Below are positions 27,106 to 35,872 of a DNA stretch of 64,000 nt, one piece after another (the stretch's first letter is position 1; every line of letters begins with the position of its first letter). This stretch comes from Frankiales bacterium (GTDB lineage Bacteria > Actinomycetota > Actinomycetes > JAFAQI01), in assembly GCA_025980325.1 (NCBI GenBank), contig JAICXQ010000005.1, forward strand, positions 8,034 to 72,033, read 5' to 3'. A program made the translations under genes and the position numbers. A model generated the notes under the pieces. The model made no database searches. It was not told the origin of the DNA and saw nothing but the letters and a program-made list of their open reading frames with translations.

Positions 27106-28050
27106 ATGACGACGGCCTCGTTGCGCCCGCATGGTGTCGAGATTGCGCCACACCTGCGGCTCGCCGACGACGAATCGTGGCGAATTCCCGACATCGGCGC
27201 GGCCGAGATCGAGGAGTTCGACCTCTGCGACCTGTCCGGACCGGTCGCGAACACCTGCGCCGCGCTGCGGCTGTGCCTCGTCGAGGGCGACCTCGAAGCG
27301 GCCACGCACGTGTTCCCGATGCTCGTCGGCCAGGTCGCCGATCTGCGCGCGATGGCGGAGCAGTTGTTGCAGCCGCTGTTCGTCGACGCGTTGCTCGACG
27401 CGGCGTCGCCCGAACACGCGTCGCTGTTCGTCGACACCGCACGGGACATGCTCGACGCGGTCGCTGCGCGGCGCGAACGTACGGCGGCGCCGCAGGTGTG
27501 GCTGCATGCCCTCGGCGGGCGGGTCGAGCCGTTGCTGTTGCGGCTGGTGCGGTTGCTGCTCGACGAGCTCGGCGTACCCTCGCGCATCGTCAGTGACGGC
27601 GGCGACACCACCGGCGGCGCGAGTGCGCTGCAACGGGTGCCGTTGCGTCGAGGAAACGCGGTGTGCTTGGCGATACCGGACGGCGAAAGCGTCGTCGGCG
27701 CGCAGCCGCTCGTCGAGTCGCTCATCCGGCGCCAGGTCTCCGTGGTCGTCGTCGGCGAAGCGGTCCGCGATTCACCGGAACTCGTCGACCAACTCGGCGT
27801 CGGCGCGAGTGCGTGGTCGGTCGCCGCGGCGGTCGATCACATGCTCTGGGTCCGCGGTCCGTTAACCGCCGCGGAGTCGATGGCGCTGCGCATGGCCGCC
27901 GACGGTTACACCAACGTCCGGATCGCGCATGAACTCGGCATCTCGGTGTCGGCGGTGAAGGCCCGCCTGGAGAGCAGCTATCAACGGCTGCAGGCCGCGG
28001 ATCGCGCGCATGCGGTCGCGATCGCGTTGCGCAACCGCTGGATTCGTTGA
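27106..28050 (+). CDS. LuxR-family regulator with B12-binding-like N-terminal region
   Basis: C-terminal LTAAESMALRMAADGYTNVRIAHELGISVSAVKARL..SYQRL...DRAHAVA. Confidence 0.8.
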   Translation: MTTASLRPHGVEIAPHLRLADDESWRIPDIGAAEIEEFDLCDLSGPVANTCAALRLCLVEGDLEAATHVFPMLVGQVADLRAMAEQLLQPLFVDALLDAASPEHASLFVDTARDMLDAVAARRERTAAPQVWLHALGGRVEPLLLRLVRLLLDELGVPSRIVSDGGDTTGGASALQRVPLRRGNAVCLAIPDGESVVGAQPLVESLIRRQVSVVVVGEAVRDSPELVDQLGVGASAWSVAAAVDHMLWVRGPLTAAESMALRMAADGYTNVRIAHELGISVSAVKARLESSYQRLQAADRAHAVAIALRNRWIR

Positions 28051-28073
28051 CCGCTGCTTTCGTTGACCCGGCG

Positions 28074-28880
28074 CTAGCCGGCGCACGCCAGCGACAGGCC
28101 GCTGCACCGCGTGCCCGCGCCGTGCCGGTTGCCGGTGCCGGATCGCTTCAACGCGGCCCATGTGCGCGGGCCGACGACGCCGTCGATGACGAGCCGATGA
28201 CGGCGCTGGAACACCTCGACCGCGCGCCTCGTGATCGGTCCGAACATGCCGTCGGCAGCGACGCGCACGCGCCGCTGGACGAAGCGCACGCGGGCACCCG
28301 TCGACCCGACCGTGAGCACCGATTGAGTGCGGACCAAGACCGGACGGAGTTGCGATGCCGCGCGGGTCAGCGGCTCGGCCCGGTCGACGTCACGGAAGTC
28401 GACGGTGATCCAGATCGTTCCGTTGCGGGTCACCGTGCCGATGCCCACGTCGTCGTACGTCGGGTCGAGGATGTTCGCGCGGTGTTTCGCGCTGGCCATG
28501 AACGCGGCGTCGAGGTCGCCGATCGTGGGACCGTCGCCGACGTTCTCGCCGACGGCGAGCCAATTGCCGACAGCGGTCGCGAGTTGCGGGTTGTGCGAAA
28601 GGACACCGGTGGCGGCCATGTGGTCCGACCACGACTGCGCGACCTGCGTCAGATCCGAGCGCATGATGAGTGGTTGCAGGCCATGAGCGACGCGCTCGCT
28701 GTTGAGCCGGCCGAGATAACCACTGGGGTCGCTGACGGCGGCGTACGAGACGTTCGCGGTCGCGGTCGCGGCGGCGGGCGCGCTGCATGCGCAGAACGCA
28801 CTCGCGCACAGCGACAGCGCAACCATGCGTCGCCGGCGAGCGGCAGAGATGTCGGCTGTGGTGTCGGCTGAAGTGAGCAT
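28074..28880 (-). CDS. secreted CAP domain + peptidoglycan-binding domain protein
   Basis: LNSER..HGL, GENVG, FMASAKHRANIL; DGMFGPITRRAV..FQ...IDGVVGPRTW. Confidence 0.9.
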   Translation of the reverse strand: MLTSADTTADISAARRRRMVALSLCASAFCACSAPAAATATANVSYAAVSDPSGYLGRLNSERVAHGLQPLIMRSDLTQVAQSWSDHMAATGVLSHNPQLATAVGNWLAVGENVGDGPTIGDLDAAFMASAKHRANILDPTYDDVGIGTVTRNGTIWITVDFRDVDRAEPLTRAASQLRPVLVRTQSVLTVGSTGARVRFVQRRVRVAADGMFGPITRRAVEVFQRRHRLVIDGVVGPRTWAALKRSGTGNRHGAGTRCSGLSLACAG

Positions 28881-29050
28881 GCGAGCCCAATCTCCTGTGC
28901 GTTTCCAACGGAAACGGTGGTCCCGCTGGTCGATTGACCAGCCGGATCGCGTGGCGCCGGAGCGGTCGTTCGACGGACAATGTTGGACCGAACGGGTGAA
29001 AATTGGTGCTGGTCGATTGGCTAGTCGCCGCAACGGGTTTCGGGGATCGG

Positions 29051-30268
29051 ATGCATGGACACAGCGGCCCTATGAAGCGCCGAGCGCGGTGGCGTGAACG
29101 CGTCGGTGCCGACCGCAGACTGGCGGCAATCCTCGACACGTGCGACGAGTTGCTGTGGGAATGCGGAGCCGACGGGACCGTGACGTTCGTGTCGAGCAAC
29201 GTCATGCGTTATCTCGGATACGACGCGAACGAGTTGATGGGACGGCCGCTGCTGCACTTGCTGCATCCGCACGATCGCGTGTCGTGGAGCCGGGTGCTGA
29301 CCGCCGCGACTGCCGGCGAGGCGAACGAGGTACGCGGGCAACCCATGCGCGCGGTCGCGAAGGACGGGACCGAGCGCTGGCTCGACACCAACATCGTGAC
29401 GGTCCGTCGCGGTCGCCGCGAGATCGCGATCACCGGTGCGAGCCGTCCGTCGGCGCACGGTCTGGCGCGGGTCCGTGCGACCGACGAGATGAGGGATCGG
29501 ATCCTGTTGCTGCTCACGCGGCGCAGCTTGGACGTCGTCTTCCAACCGATCGTGTCGCTCTACACCGGCCACGTCATCGGCGCCGAGGCGTTGTCCCGAT
29601 TCCCGGACGCACCGGATCGGCGGCCGGACCAGTGGTTCGCCGACGCCGAAGCCGTCGGCCTCGGGCAAGAGCTCGAACTGCTCGCCATCCGGACCGCACT
29701 CGCGCGGTCGCGGACCGCACTCCCGCCGGGTGTCGACCTATGGCTCAACGTCTCGCCGGCGACGATCGAGAACGCCGAATTGCTGGGACTGCTGGCCGCG
29801 GACGGCCCGGACGCGATGCGACGGTTCGTCCTCGAGATCACCGAGCACGCATCGGTCGACGACTACCCGGCGTTCCTGCGCAAGCGCGACGAACTGTCCG
29901 CGCTCGGGGTGCGCTTCGCCGTCGACGACGCAGGCGCGGGCTACGCGTCGTTCGCGCACATCCTGCGGCTGCAGCCGGACTTCATCAAGCTCGACCGCGA
30001 CGTCGTCAACGGGCTCGACCACGACGCGGCGAAGCGCGCGCTCGTCGCGGCGATCGTGATGTTCGCGATGGAGATCCGCTGCGCGGTCATCGCGGAGGGC
30101 ATCGAGACGAAAGAAGAATTCGACGCCGCATCACTGGTCGGCATCGACGCCGCGCAGGGGTTCTTCGTCAGCGCGCCGGCCCCGCACCACCTCGACTGGG
30201 CGACACCGCGCGGCGGCGCCGAGGTCCCCGCGCGGCCGGCCAGGGCAGCGTCGATCGCGTTGCCGTAA
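29051..30268 (+). CDS. PAS-EAL c-di-GMP phosphodiesterase
   Basis: PAS (LHPHDR); FQPI, AEAL, LNVSP, LEITE, VDDAGAGY, IKLD, AEGIE, QGF. Confidence 0.92.
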   Translation: MHGHSGPMKRRARWRERVGADRRLAAILDTCDELLWECGADGTVTFVSSNVMRYLGYDANELMGRPLLHLLHPHDRVSWSRVLTAATAGEANEVRGQPMRAVAKDGTERWLDTNIVTVRRGRREIAITGASRPSAHGLARVRATDEMRDRILLLLTRRSLDVVFQPIVSLYTGHVIGAEALSRFPDAPDRRPDQWFADAEAVGLGQELELLAIRTALARSRTALPPGVDLWLNVSPATIENAELLGLLAADGPDAMRRFVLEITEHASVDDYPAFLRKRDELSALGVRFAVDDAGAGYASFAHILRLQPDFIKLDRDVVNGLDHDAAKRALVAAIVMFAMEIRCAVIAEGIETKEEFDAASLVGIDAAQGFFVSAPAPHHLDWATPRGGAEVPARPARAASIALP

Positions 30269-30366
30269 GAGGGGTTGTCGAACACCTGCCAATTTGGCGA
30301 TTCCGCCACGATCATGCGTCCGTTCTGCCAGGGTTTGGGAGGTAAGCCCGAGAACGGGAGTTGGTC

Positions 30367-30525
30367 ATGAACGACCCGATTGTCGCGTTGAGCCTGGCAG
30401 TCGCATTCGCCCTCACCGTGACCGCGATCCTGCTCACCCGGCGGGCGTCCGAGCGACCTCGCGAGGACGACGTCGAAGGTGCCGAACAGACCGAGCGGCG
30501 CTACGTCAACGGCGGCTGGCACTGA
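30367..30525 (+). CDS. 52-aa single-TM small protein (absent from ORF track)
   Basis: GGGAG RBS; MNDPIVALSLAVAFALTVTAILLTRRASERPREDDVEGAEQTERRYVNGGWH. Confidence 0.6.
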   Translation: MNDPIVALSLAVAFALTVTAILLTRRASERPREDDVEGAEQTERRYVNGGWH

Positions 30526-30528
30526 CCG

Positions 30529-30584
30529 CTCGATGACCGGGCCTCGATGACCCTGCCTCGATAACCGGGCCTCGATAACCGGGC
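30529..30584. repeat. 14-bp tandem repeat x4 (CTCGATRACCGGGC)
   Basis: direct reading, intergenic between convergent genes. Confidence 0.88.
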
Positions 30585-30602
30585 GGCGACAGCGCGCCGG
30601 CG

Positions 30603-31628
30603 TCAGGCCATCTCCGGATCCAGGAACGCGTCCGGGCTCGCCTCGCCCGCGACCCGCAACAGACCGAACAATCCCAGATCGACGACCAGCCCAACGACGC
30701 CGAGCGCTTGGTACTCCGCGAACACGAACGTCTGTGTCACCAGCACCGTGATCAGCACCGACCGGAAGAGCACCCGAAGGGCGCCGGCCCGATCCCCGCG
30801 CACCGCGCGTGCCAACCCGAACAGCGTGTACGCGCCACTGGCCGCCGTCACGACCTCGGCGACGCGCATGGTCGTGTGCGAGCCGGTCGACGCGCCGAGC
30901 GTCGGGTGGATCAGCAGCACCGCCAGCTGCCCGATCACGACGACGAGCTGGACCACGATGACCGCGTACACGCCGACGTGTGCCAGCGGGTGACCGAGCA
31001 GCCCGCGAGCGCGTTCGACCAGCTTCTCCCGCCATACCGTCAGCCGCGCCTCGGTGCCGGTGCTCAACGGCTCGCACAGCAGCGCCGAGCGCAGGTGCTC
31101 GCCGAGGACGTCCGGCTCGGCGTCGGCCAGCACCCCGAGCGCGTACTCGCGCCCGCCGCTGCCGAGCTGTCCCAGCGACAGGTCGGCCAACGCCGTCGAC
31201 GCGATCGCGAGCCGTTGCGGCTGCGTCAGCGGGCTGCGCATCACGAGCTCGCGCACGGACAGGTAGAACGCGATGAAGACGACGTAGATGATCGCGATCG
31301 CCGGCTTGTAGAAGTAGTTGACGCTGCTGGTCAGGAACTTGCCGACCTCGTCGATGAAAAGGCCGAAGCCGATGCCGCCGATGATCGCGGCTCGATGCCG
31401 CCACCGCGAGCCCGGATAGACCATCACGATCGCGATCGCCGCACCCATGAGCAGGCCGCCCCACAACACGTGCGCGACGTGCAGACCGTGGCCGCCGACC
31501 TTCGGATAACCGGTCACGATGAGGAACGCACGCACGAGAACCACGGTCGCGATGGCCGAGAACAGGAACGCCTCGAACCGCCCGAGCGCCGCCCGGTCGC
31601 CGGTGTAGTGCCGCTGGCCGCCGGCCAC
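30603..31628 (-). CDS. multi-pass membrane protein
   Basis: several TM helices; HVAHVLWGG and GFGLFIDEVGKF motifs. Confidence 0.75.
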   Translation of the reverse strand: MAGGQRHYTGDRAALGRFEAFLFSAIATVVLVRAFLIVTGYPKVGGHGLHVAHVLWGGLLMGAAIAIVMVYPGSRWRHRAAIIGGIGFGLFIDEVGKFLTSSVNYFYKPAIAIIYVVFIAFYLSVRELVMRSPLTQPQRLAIASTALADLSLGQLGSGGREYALGVLADAEPDVLGEHLRSALLCEPLSTGTEARLTVWREKLVERARGLLGHPLAHVGVYAVIVVQLVVVIGQLAVLLIHPTLGASTGSHTTMRVAEVVTAASGAYTLFGLARAVRGDRAGALRVLFRSVLITVLVTQTFVFAEYQALGVVGLVVDLGLFGLLRVAGEASPDAFLDPEMA

Positions 31629-31629
31629 G

Positions 31630-32412
31630 TCAACCCTCCCGGACCGAAGCGGCCCGGCTCATCGCGTCCACCTGTTGCTCCAGCCGTGCGACGACGGCTT
31701 CGAGCCGAGCCTCGCGTGACATCGCTTCGTCTTCCTCGGCGCCGATGAACCATGCGGCGACCGATGCGGTGATGACGCCGAGCAAGCCGATGCCGGTCAG
31801 CATGAGGGCGGCCGCGATCACCTTCCCCGACGCGGTCACCGGGTAGTAGTCGCCGTAACCGACCGTCGTGATCGTGGTGACCGCCCACCACAGCGCGTCG
31901 CCCATGTTCGTGATGCGCGCGCCGGCCGCGTGCTGTTCGGCGTTGAGCTCCATGACCGCCGCGGATACGACGGCGAGGGCCGCAAGCCCGGTCGCGTACA
32001 GCGGTGCGCGCGAGACCAGCAGGTGGCGCGAGCGCTGCGCGCCGGACACCGCGACCGTGCTGAGCCGCAGCACCCGCAGCACCCGCAGTGGCCGCAGCAT
32101 CGGCAACACGACCATCAGCAGATCGGGCACGTGCGAGACGACGTAACGCCGGCGGTTCGGCGCGGTCACCACCAGCGCCGCGTACTCCAACGCGAACGCG
32201 GCCCACAGCCCGTCGTCCGCCGCGGTCAGCGCCGTACGAGTGCTCGCACTCAGATGCGGCATCGCGATGGGCCAGACGATGATGGCGATGAACGCGATCG
32301 ACAACAACAACATCGGCAGGTCGGTCGCGCGGCGGATCCGCTGGTGCAGGTCCGCGCGCAGCTCGCGCAGCTCGTCGCCGTCGCCGGCTTGCACGGTGGT
32401 CATCGCGTGCAT
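31630..32412 (-). CDS. potassium channel (voltage-gated-like)
   Basis: selectivity filter TITTVGYGD; S4-like LRPLRVLRVLR. Confidence 0.92.
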   Translation of the reverse strand: MHAMTTVQAGDGDELRELRADLHQRIRRATDLPMLLLSIAFIAIIVWPIAMPHLSASTRTALTAADDGLWAAFALEYAALVVTAPNRRRYVVSHVPDLLMVVLPMLRPLRVLRVLRLSTVAVSGAQRSRHLLVSRAPLYATGLAALAVVSAAVMELNAEQHAAGARITNMGDALWWAVTTITTVGYGDYYPVTASGKVIAAALMLTGIGLLGVITASVAAWFIGAEEDEAMSREARLEAVVARLEQQVDAMSRAASVREG

Positions 32413-33560
32413 CAACTCGTCGGTGTTCCGGTCGACTGGCGCGGCAAGGGTGCGGTCGCCGTCGCCGGCTCCGCGGACGTCGCCGATGTCAGGTGACCCG
32501 GCGGCGTCGCCGGCTGCGTCAGCACCGCGATCAACTGCTCGATCGCCGGGCGGTTGTCGGCGACCGCCGATTCCGCGCAGCGGATCAACGCGTCGAGATT
32601 CGCCGGCGACGCGTCGTCGATGTGCAGGCTGGCGTTCGCCGGCAACCTCGGCTGGATCCGCAGGTACTGGTTCGGCGCCGGCTTGCCCGACACCATCCGG
32701 TCGACGAGTTGGTGCGCCATCTCGCCGACGCCGTTGAGGACGACGCCGAGCAGGCCCATCCCGAGCGACGCCCAGTTGCGCGTGAAGATCTCTTCGTAAC
32801 TGGGCTGCTGCGCGGACGGGCGGCCGGTGCCCACGGACAGCAGTACGACGTCGGGCGCCGTGCCGTTGTCGTCGCGGCCGTACTCGACGCCGTCGAGGTA
32901 CGCGATCGCGGCCGGGTTGTTCGCGACGACACCGCCGTCGATGAGCACCGACTCGGCGCGCTCGTCGAGCAGCCGCAACGGCGGCAGGAACGTCGGTGCG
33001 GCCGAGGTCGCGCGGGCCACCTCGGCCATCCGCGGGTTCGCGCGGCCCGTCGTACCGCGCAGCGCGTCCCGGCTGCGGAACACCACCGGTTCGCCGCCGC
33101 GCATGTCGTACGCCGTCACGACGACGTCGGTGAGCGCGTCGCTGAGCCGGGCGACACCGAACGCGCGCGTGACGTGATCCTCGAGCGCCGCGGCGCTGTA
33201 GCGCGCATTGCCGAAGTGGTGCGGGAGCAACGCGGCGCCGACGCGCTGGGACAGCGCGTGGCGTTCGTGCGCGTCCCGCAACCCGTCGAGCGACGACGCG
33301 CCCGGCAGCGGCGGGAAGATGTCCGGCAGCCACGCCCGGATGTCCTCGAAGACCTTCGCGGCGGAGTAGCCGGCGCCCTCCGGACCCGGCGCGCAGTAGC
33401 CCAGAGCGAGGATGCCGCCGACCGACGTGCCCGCGATGACGTCGAAAAGGGAATGCAGCGGCTGACCGCTCATCGCTTCCAGCTCGGCGAGGAAACGGGC
33501 GGGTAACAGGCCACGCACCCCGCCGCCGTCGATGGCGAGGATGCGAACTGTCCGGCGCAT
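32412..33560 (-). CDS. patatin-like phospholipase
   Basis: LAIDGGGVRG, GTSVG, DGGVVANNP. Confidence 0.93.
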   Translation of the reverse strand: MRRTVRILAIDGGGVRGLLPARFLAELEAMSGQPLHSLFDVIAGTSVGGILALGYCAPGPEGAGYSAAKVFEDIRAWLPDIFPPLPGASSLDGLRDAHERHALSQRVGAALLPHHFGNARYSAAALEDHVTRAFGVARLSDALTDVVVTAYDMRGGEPVVFRSRDALRGTTGRANPRMAEVARATSAAPTFLPPLRLLDERAESVLIDGGVVANNPAAIAYLDGVEYGRDDNGTAPDVVLLSVGTGRPSAQQPSYEEIFTRNWASLGMGLLGVVLNGVGEMAHQLVDRMVSGKPAPNQYLRIQPRLPANASLHIDDASPANLDALIRCAESAVADNRPAIEQLIAVLTQPATPPGHLTSATSAEPATATAPLPRQSTGTPTS

Positions 33561-33712
33561 GATCCTCCGAGAGTCATCCCGTTCTCGCCGATTCTCGCCG
33601 AGTAGGCGGCGGTTCGCGGCGGTATCGCGATATTCACCTCACCGCGTCGCGGTGCGGGTTATGGTCGCGCCGTCCGCAGTACGGCCGCGCCACGACGAAG
33701 GACGACGTCACG

Positions 33713-35125
33713 ATGACGACCACGGGGGCCGCGTCACCACCACCGCCACCACCGCCACCACCGCCCGCTGCGTCCGCTCCGGGCGCGTCGCCGTGGGCCG
33801 GGCTGCCCGGCCAGGCGAGCTCGCTGATCGCCCTCGCGAAGGATGCGTGGGCCGAGGCGATGACGAGGCTCGACCGCGAAGCCGGGCGGGTCGGTCTCGG
33901 CACCGAGGCTCGCAGCGGTTCGGTGTGGCCGGTCATCGGCTTCGGGTTCCTCGTGATCGCGCTGATCGCGGACCGGGTGCACTCGGTGCACGACGTGCCG
34001 GTGCGCTGGCTCGTCACGTTGCTGATCCTCGGCCTCGTCGTCGTGGCCGGTCAGCTGCGCCAAGGCGGCCGGCTGCCGGCACTCGCCGCGCTGCCCGCGG
34101 TCTTCGGATCACCGGTGCTGCTCACGTCTTTCGCGCTGTTGCTGGCGGCGCAGCAACTCGACTTCCTCAGTCTCGGCGTCACCCAGATCGCGTGGTTCCT
34201 CGCGTTGATCTGCGTCGTCGTGCCGCTGGTCCGCGACGCGCGCCGGCCCGGACCGCCACCCCCGCCGCCGCCCACCCTGCCCGCACAACACGTGCCGGCG
34301 CAATCGCCGACCGTCCAATCCGTCGCCACCCAATCCATGACCGCGCGGCGCCAGTCGGCGCCGCTGTTCGGTGCCGCGCTCGTGGTCCTCGCCGTCGTCA
34401 TCGGCTGGCTGCCGAACCAGTACGGCCCCGAGTGGTTCTGGACCGTCGTACTTCTCGCCGCCGCCGGGCTGGCCGGCGCGGCCGAGATCGCCAAGCTGCC
34501 GGCGCACCGGCTCTCGTTGCCGGCGCCGGTGGCGGACGCGGCGTTGTGGGTGCTGACCGCGCTGGTCGCTGGTGTCGCCGTCGTCTCGGCCCGCCTGCAG
34601 GTCACCAGCGTCCTGTGGCTCGCCGCGGCGTACGTCCTGGTCCGCGAAGCGTGGCGGCGGCTGGCCGCCGAGGGCGGGCCGATCCCGCTGCGCAGCCGGG
34701 CCGGCATCGCGCTTGCCGCGATCGGGATCGCGGTGCTCTCGCTGTTCGGCACCACCAACTCGGTGTCGTCGGGCGGCTACTTCGTCGGCGGGTACACCTA
34801 CGACCCCTACTCCTACGACGCGGACAGCTCCGGCTTCGCCTACAACATGACCGAGTACTACGAGCCGGGCCTGTACTTCGAGGACTCGGGCCGGGCCGAG
34901 CCGTTCGCGATCGTCTTCGTCGCCGGTCTCGCCGCGATGGCGGGCGTCGTACGCCGCCGGCGCATGACGAACCGCCTGCGCGCCGGTGCCGGCGTCGTCG
35001 CGGGCGGCGCCGCGATCTGGTCGCTCGCCGAAGGCAGCCTGAGCTACCTGTCCGTCTGGGTCTTCGTCACGGCAGTAGCCGTTGCCGCCGTAGCAACCGT
35101 CATGGATCGAACGTCGACGAGTTAG
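33713..35125 (+). CDS. multi-pass membrane protein with Pro-rich linkers
   Basis: many TM helices; poly-Pro tracts; Tyr-rich loop. Confidence 0.7.
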   Translation: MTTTGAASPPPPPPPPPPAASAPGASPWAGLPGQASSLIALAKDAWAEAMTRLDREAGRVGLGTEARSGSVWPVIGFGFLVIALIADRVHSVHDVPVRWLVTLLILGLVVVAGQLRQGGRLPALAALPAVFGSPVLLTSFALLLAAQQLDFLSLGVTQIAWFLALICVVVPLVRDARRPGPPPPPPPTLPAQHVPAQSPTVQSVATQSMTARRQSAPLFGAALVVLAVVIGWLPNQYGPEWFWTVVLLAAAGLAGAAEIAKLPAHRLSLPAPVADAALWVLTALVAGVAVVSARLQVTSVLWLAAAYVLVREAWRRLAAEGGPIPLRSRAGIALAAIGIAVLSLFGTTNSVSSGGYFVGGYTYDPYSYDADSSGFAYNMTEYYEPGLYFEDSGRAEPFAIVFVAGLAAMAGVVRRRRMTNRLRAGAGVVAGGAAIWSLAEGSLSYLSVWVFVTAVAVAAVATVMDRTSTS

Positions 35126-35742
35126 TGACCGGCCGCGGCGGTCTTGCGCTTCTTCTTCGCCGCGGGGTGCTCGGGCTCGGCGGTAGGGATCCAGCTCGTG
35201 CCGTTCCAGACCCATGCGCCGTCGTCGGACACCGGCATGCCGCTCGCGATCAGCGCGGCCGCGGTGTCGCCGGCCGCGGGTGCGTTGCTGGCCGCGACCG
35301 CGTCCGTCACCGGCTGCCAGGCGGTGCCGTCCCAGACCCACTTGCCGTCGGGGGAGAGCTGCTTCGTCGGTGCGTCGTGCGGGGCGGCGGCGTCGACCGG
35401 CTGCCACGCGGTGCCGTCCCACTGCCAGTGGCCGTCGGGCGAGAGCGGGTGCTCGGCCGGCGGCTCCGGGGGCGCGTCACCGGCCGTTGCCCCGGCAGCG
35501 GCACCGCCGGTCGGGACCCAGGCCGTGCCGTCCCAGACCTGCGACCCGTCCGGTGACAGCGGGTGCTCGGCGTCGGGCTTCGGCGCCGAGGGCGGCACCT
35601 CGCTCGGGGCCGGCGAGGCCGGCTCCCAGGCCGAGCCGTTCCAGACCCACACGTCGTCGTCGCTGTGCCACGCTCCGGTGTCGTCTTTGTGCATGCCGGG
35701 ATACTGCCATCCCGATCGGCTTTCGTCGTCCCCTTGCGGCAT
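35122..35742 (-). CDS. Trp-repeat protein (SxDGxWxWDGxxWxP x5)
   Basis: five repeats read directly in translation; basic C-terminus. Confidence 0.75.
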   Translation of the reverse strand: MPQGDDESRSGWQYPGMHKDDTGAWHSDDDVWVWNGSAWEPASPAPSEVPPSAPKPDAEHPLSPDGSQVWDGTAWVPTGGAAAGATAGDAPPEPPAEHPLSPDGHWQWDGTAWQPVDAAAPHDAPTKQLSPDGKWVWDGTAWQPVTDAVAASNAPAAGDTAAALIASGMPVSDDGAWVWNGTSWIPTAEPEHPAAKKKRKTAAAGH

Positions 35743-35872
35743 GTCCCGCCGTGTCACCGGTTTTTTCTGTACGAATCGGATAGACACGAATTGCATCTTG
35801 GCGAAAGGGCCACTAAGACGCCGAATGTCGTGTCATGCTCCCGCCGCTCCCTTCCTGACTGCGGAGGACCTT

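Noticed and set aside
32412-33560. Patatin as part of a CBASS system
   Set aside because: No CD-NTase or Cap accessory genes nearby.
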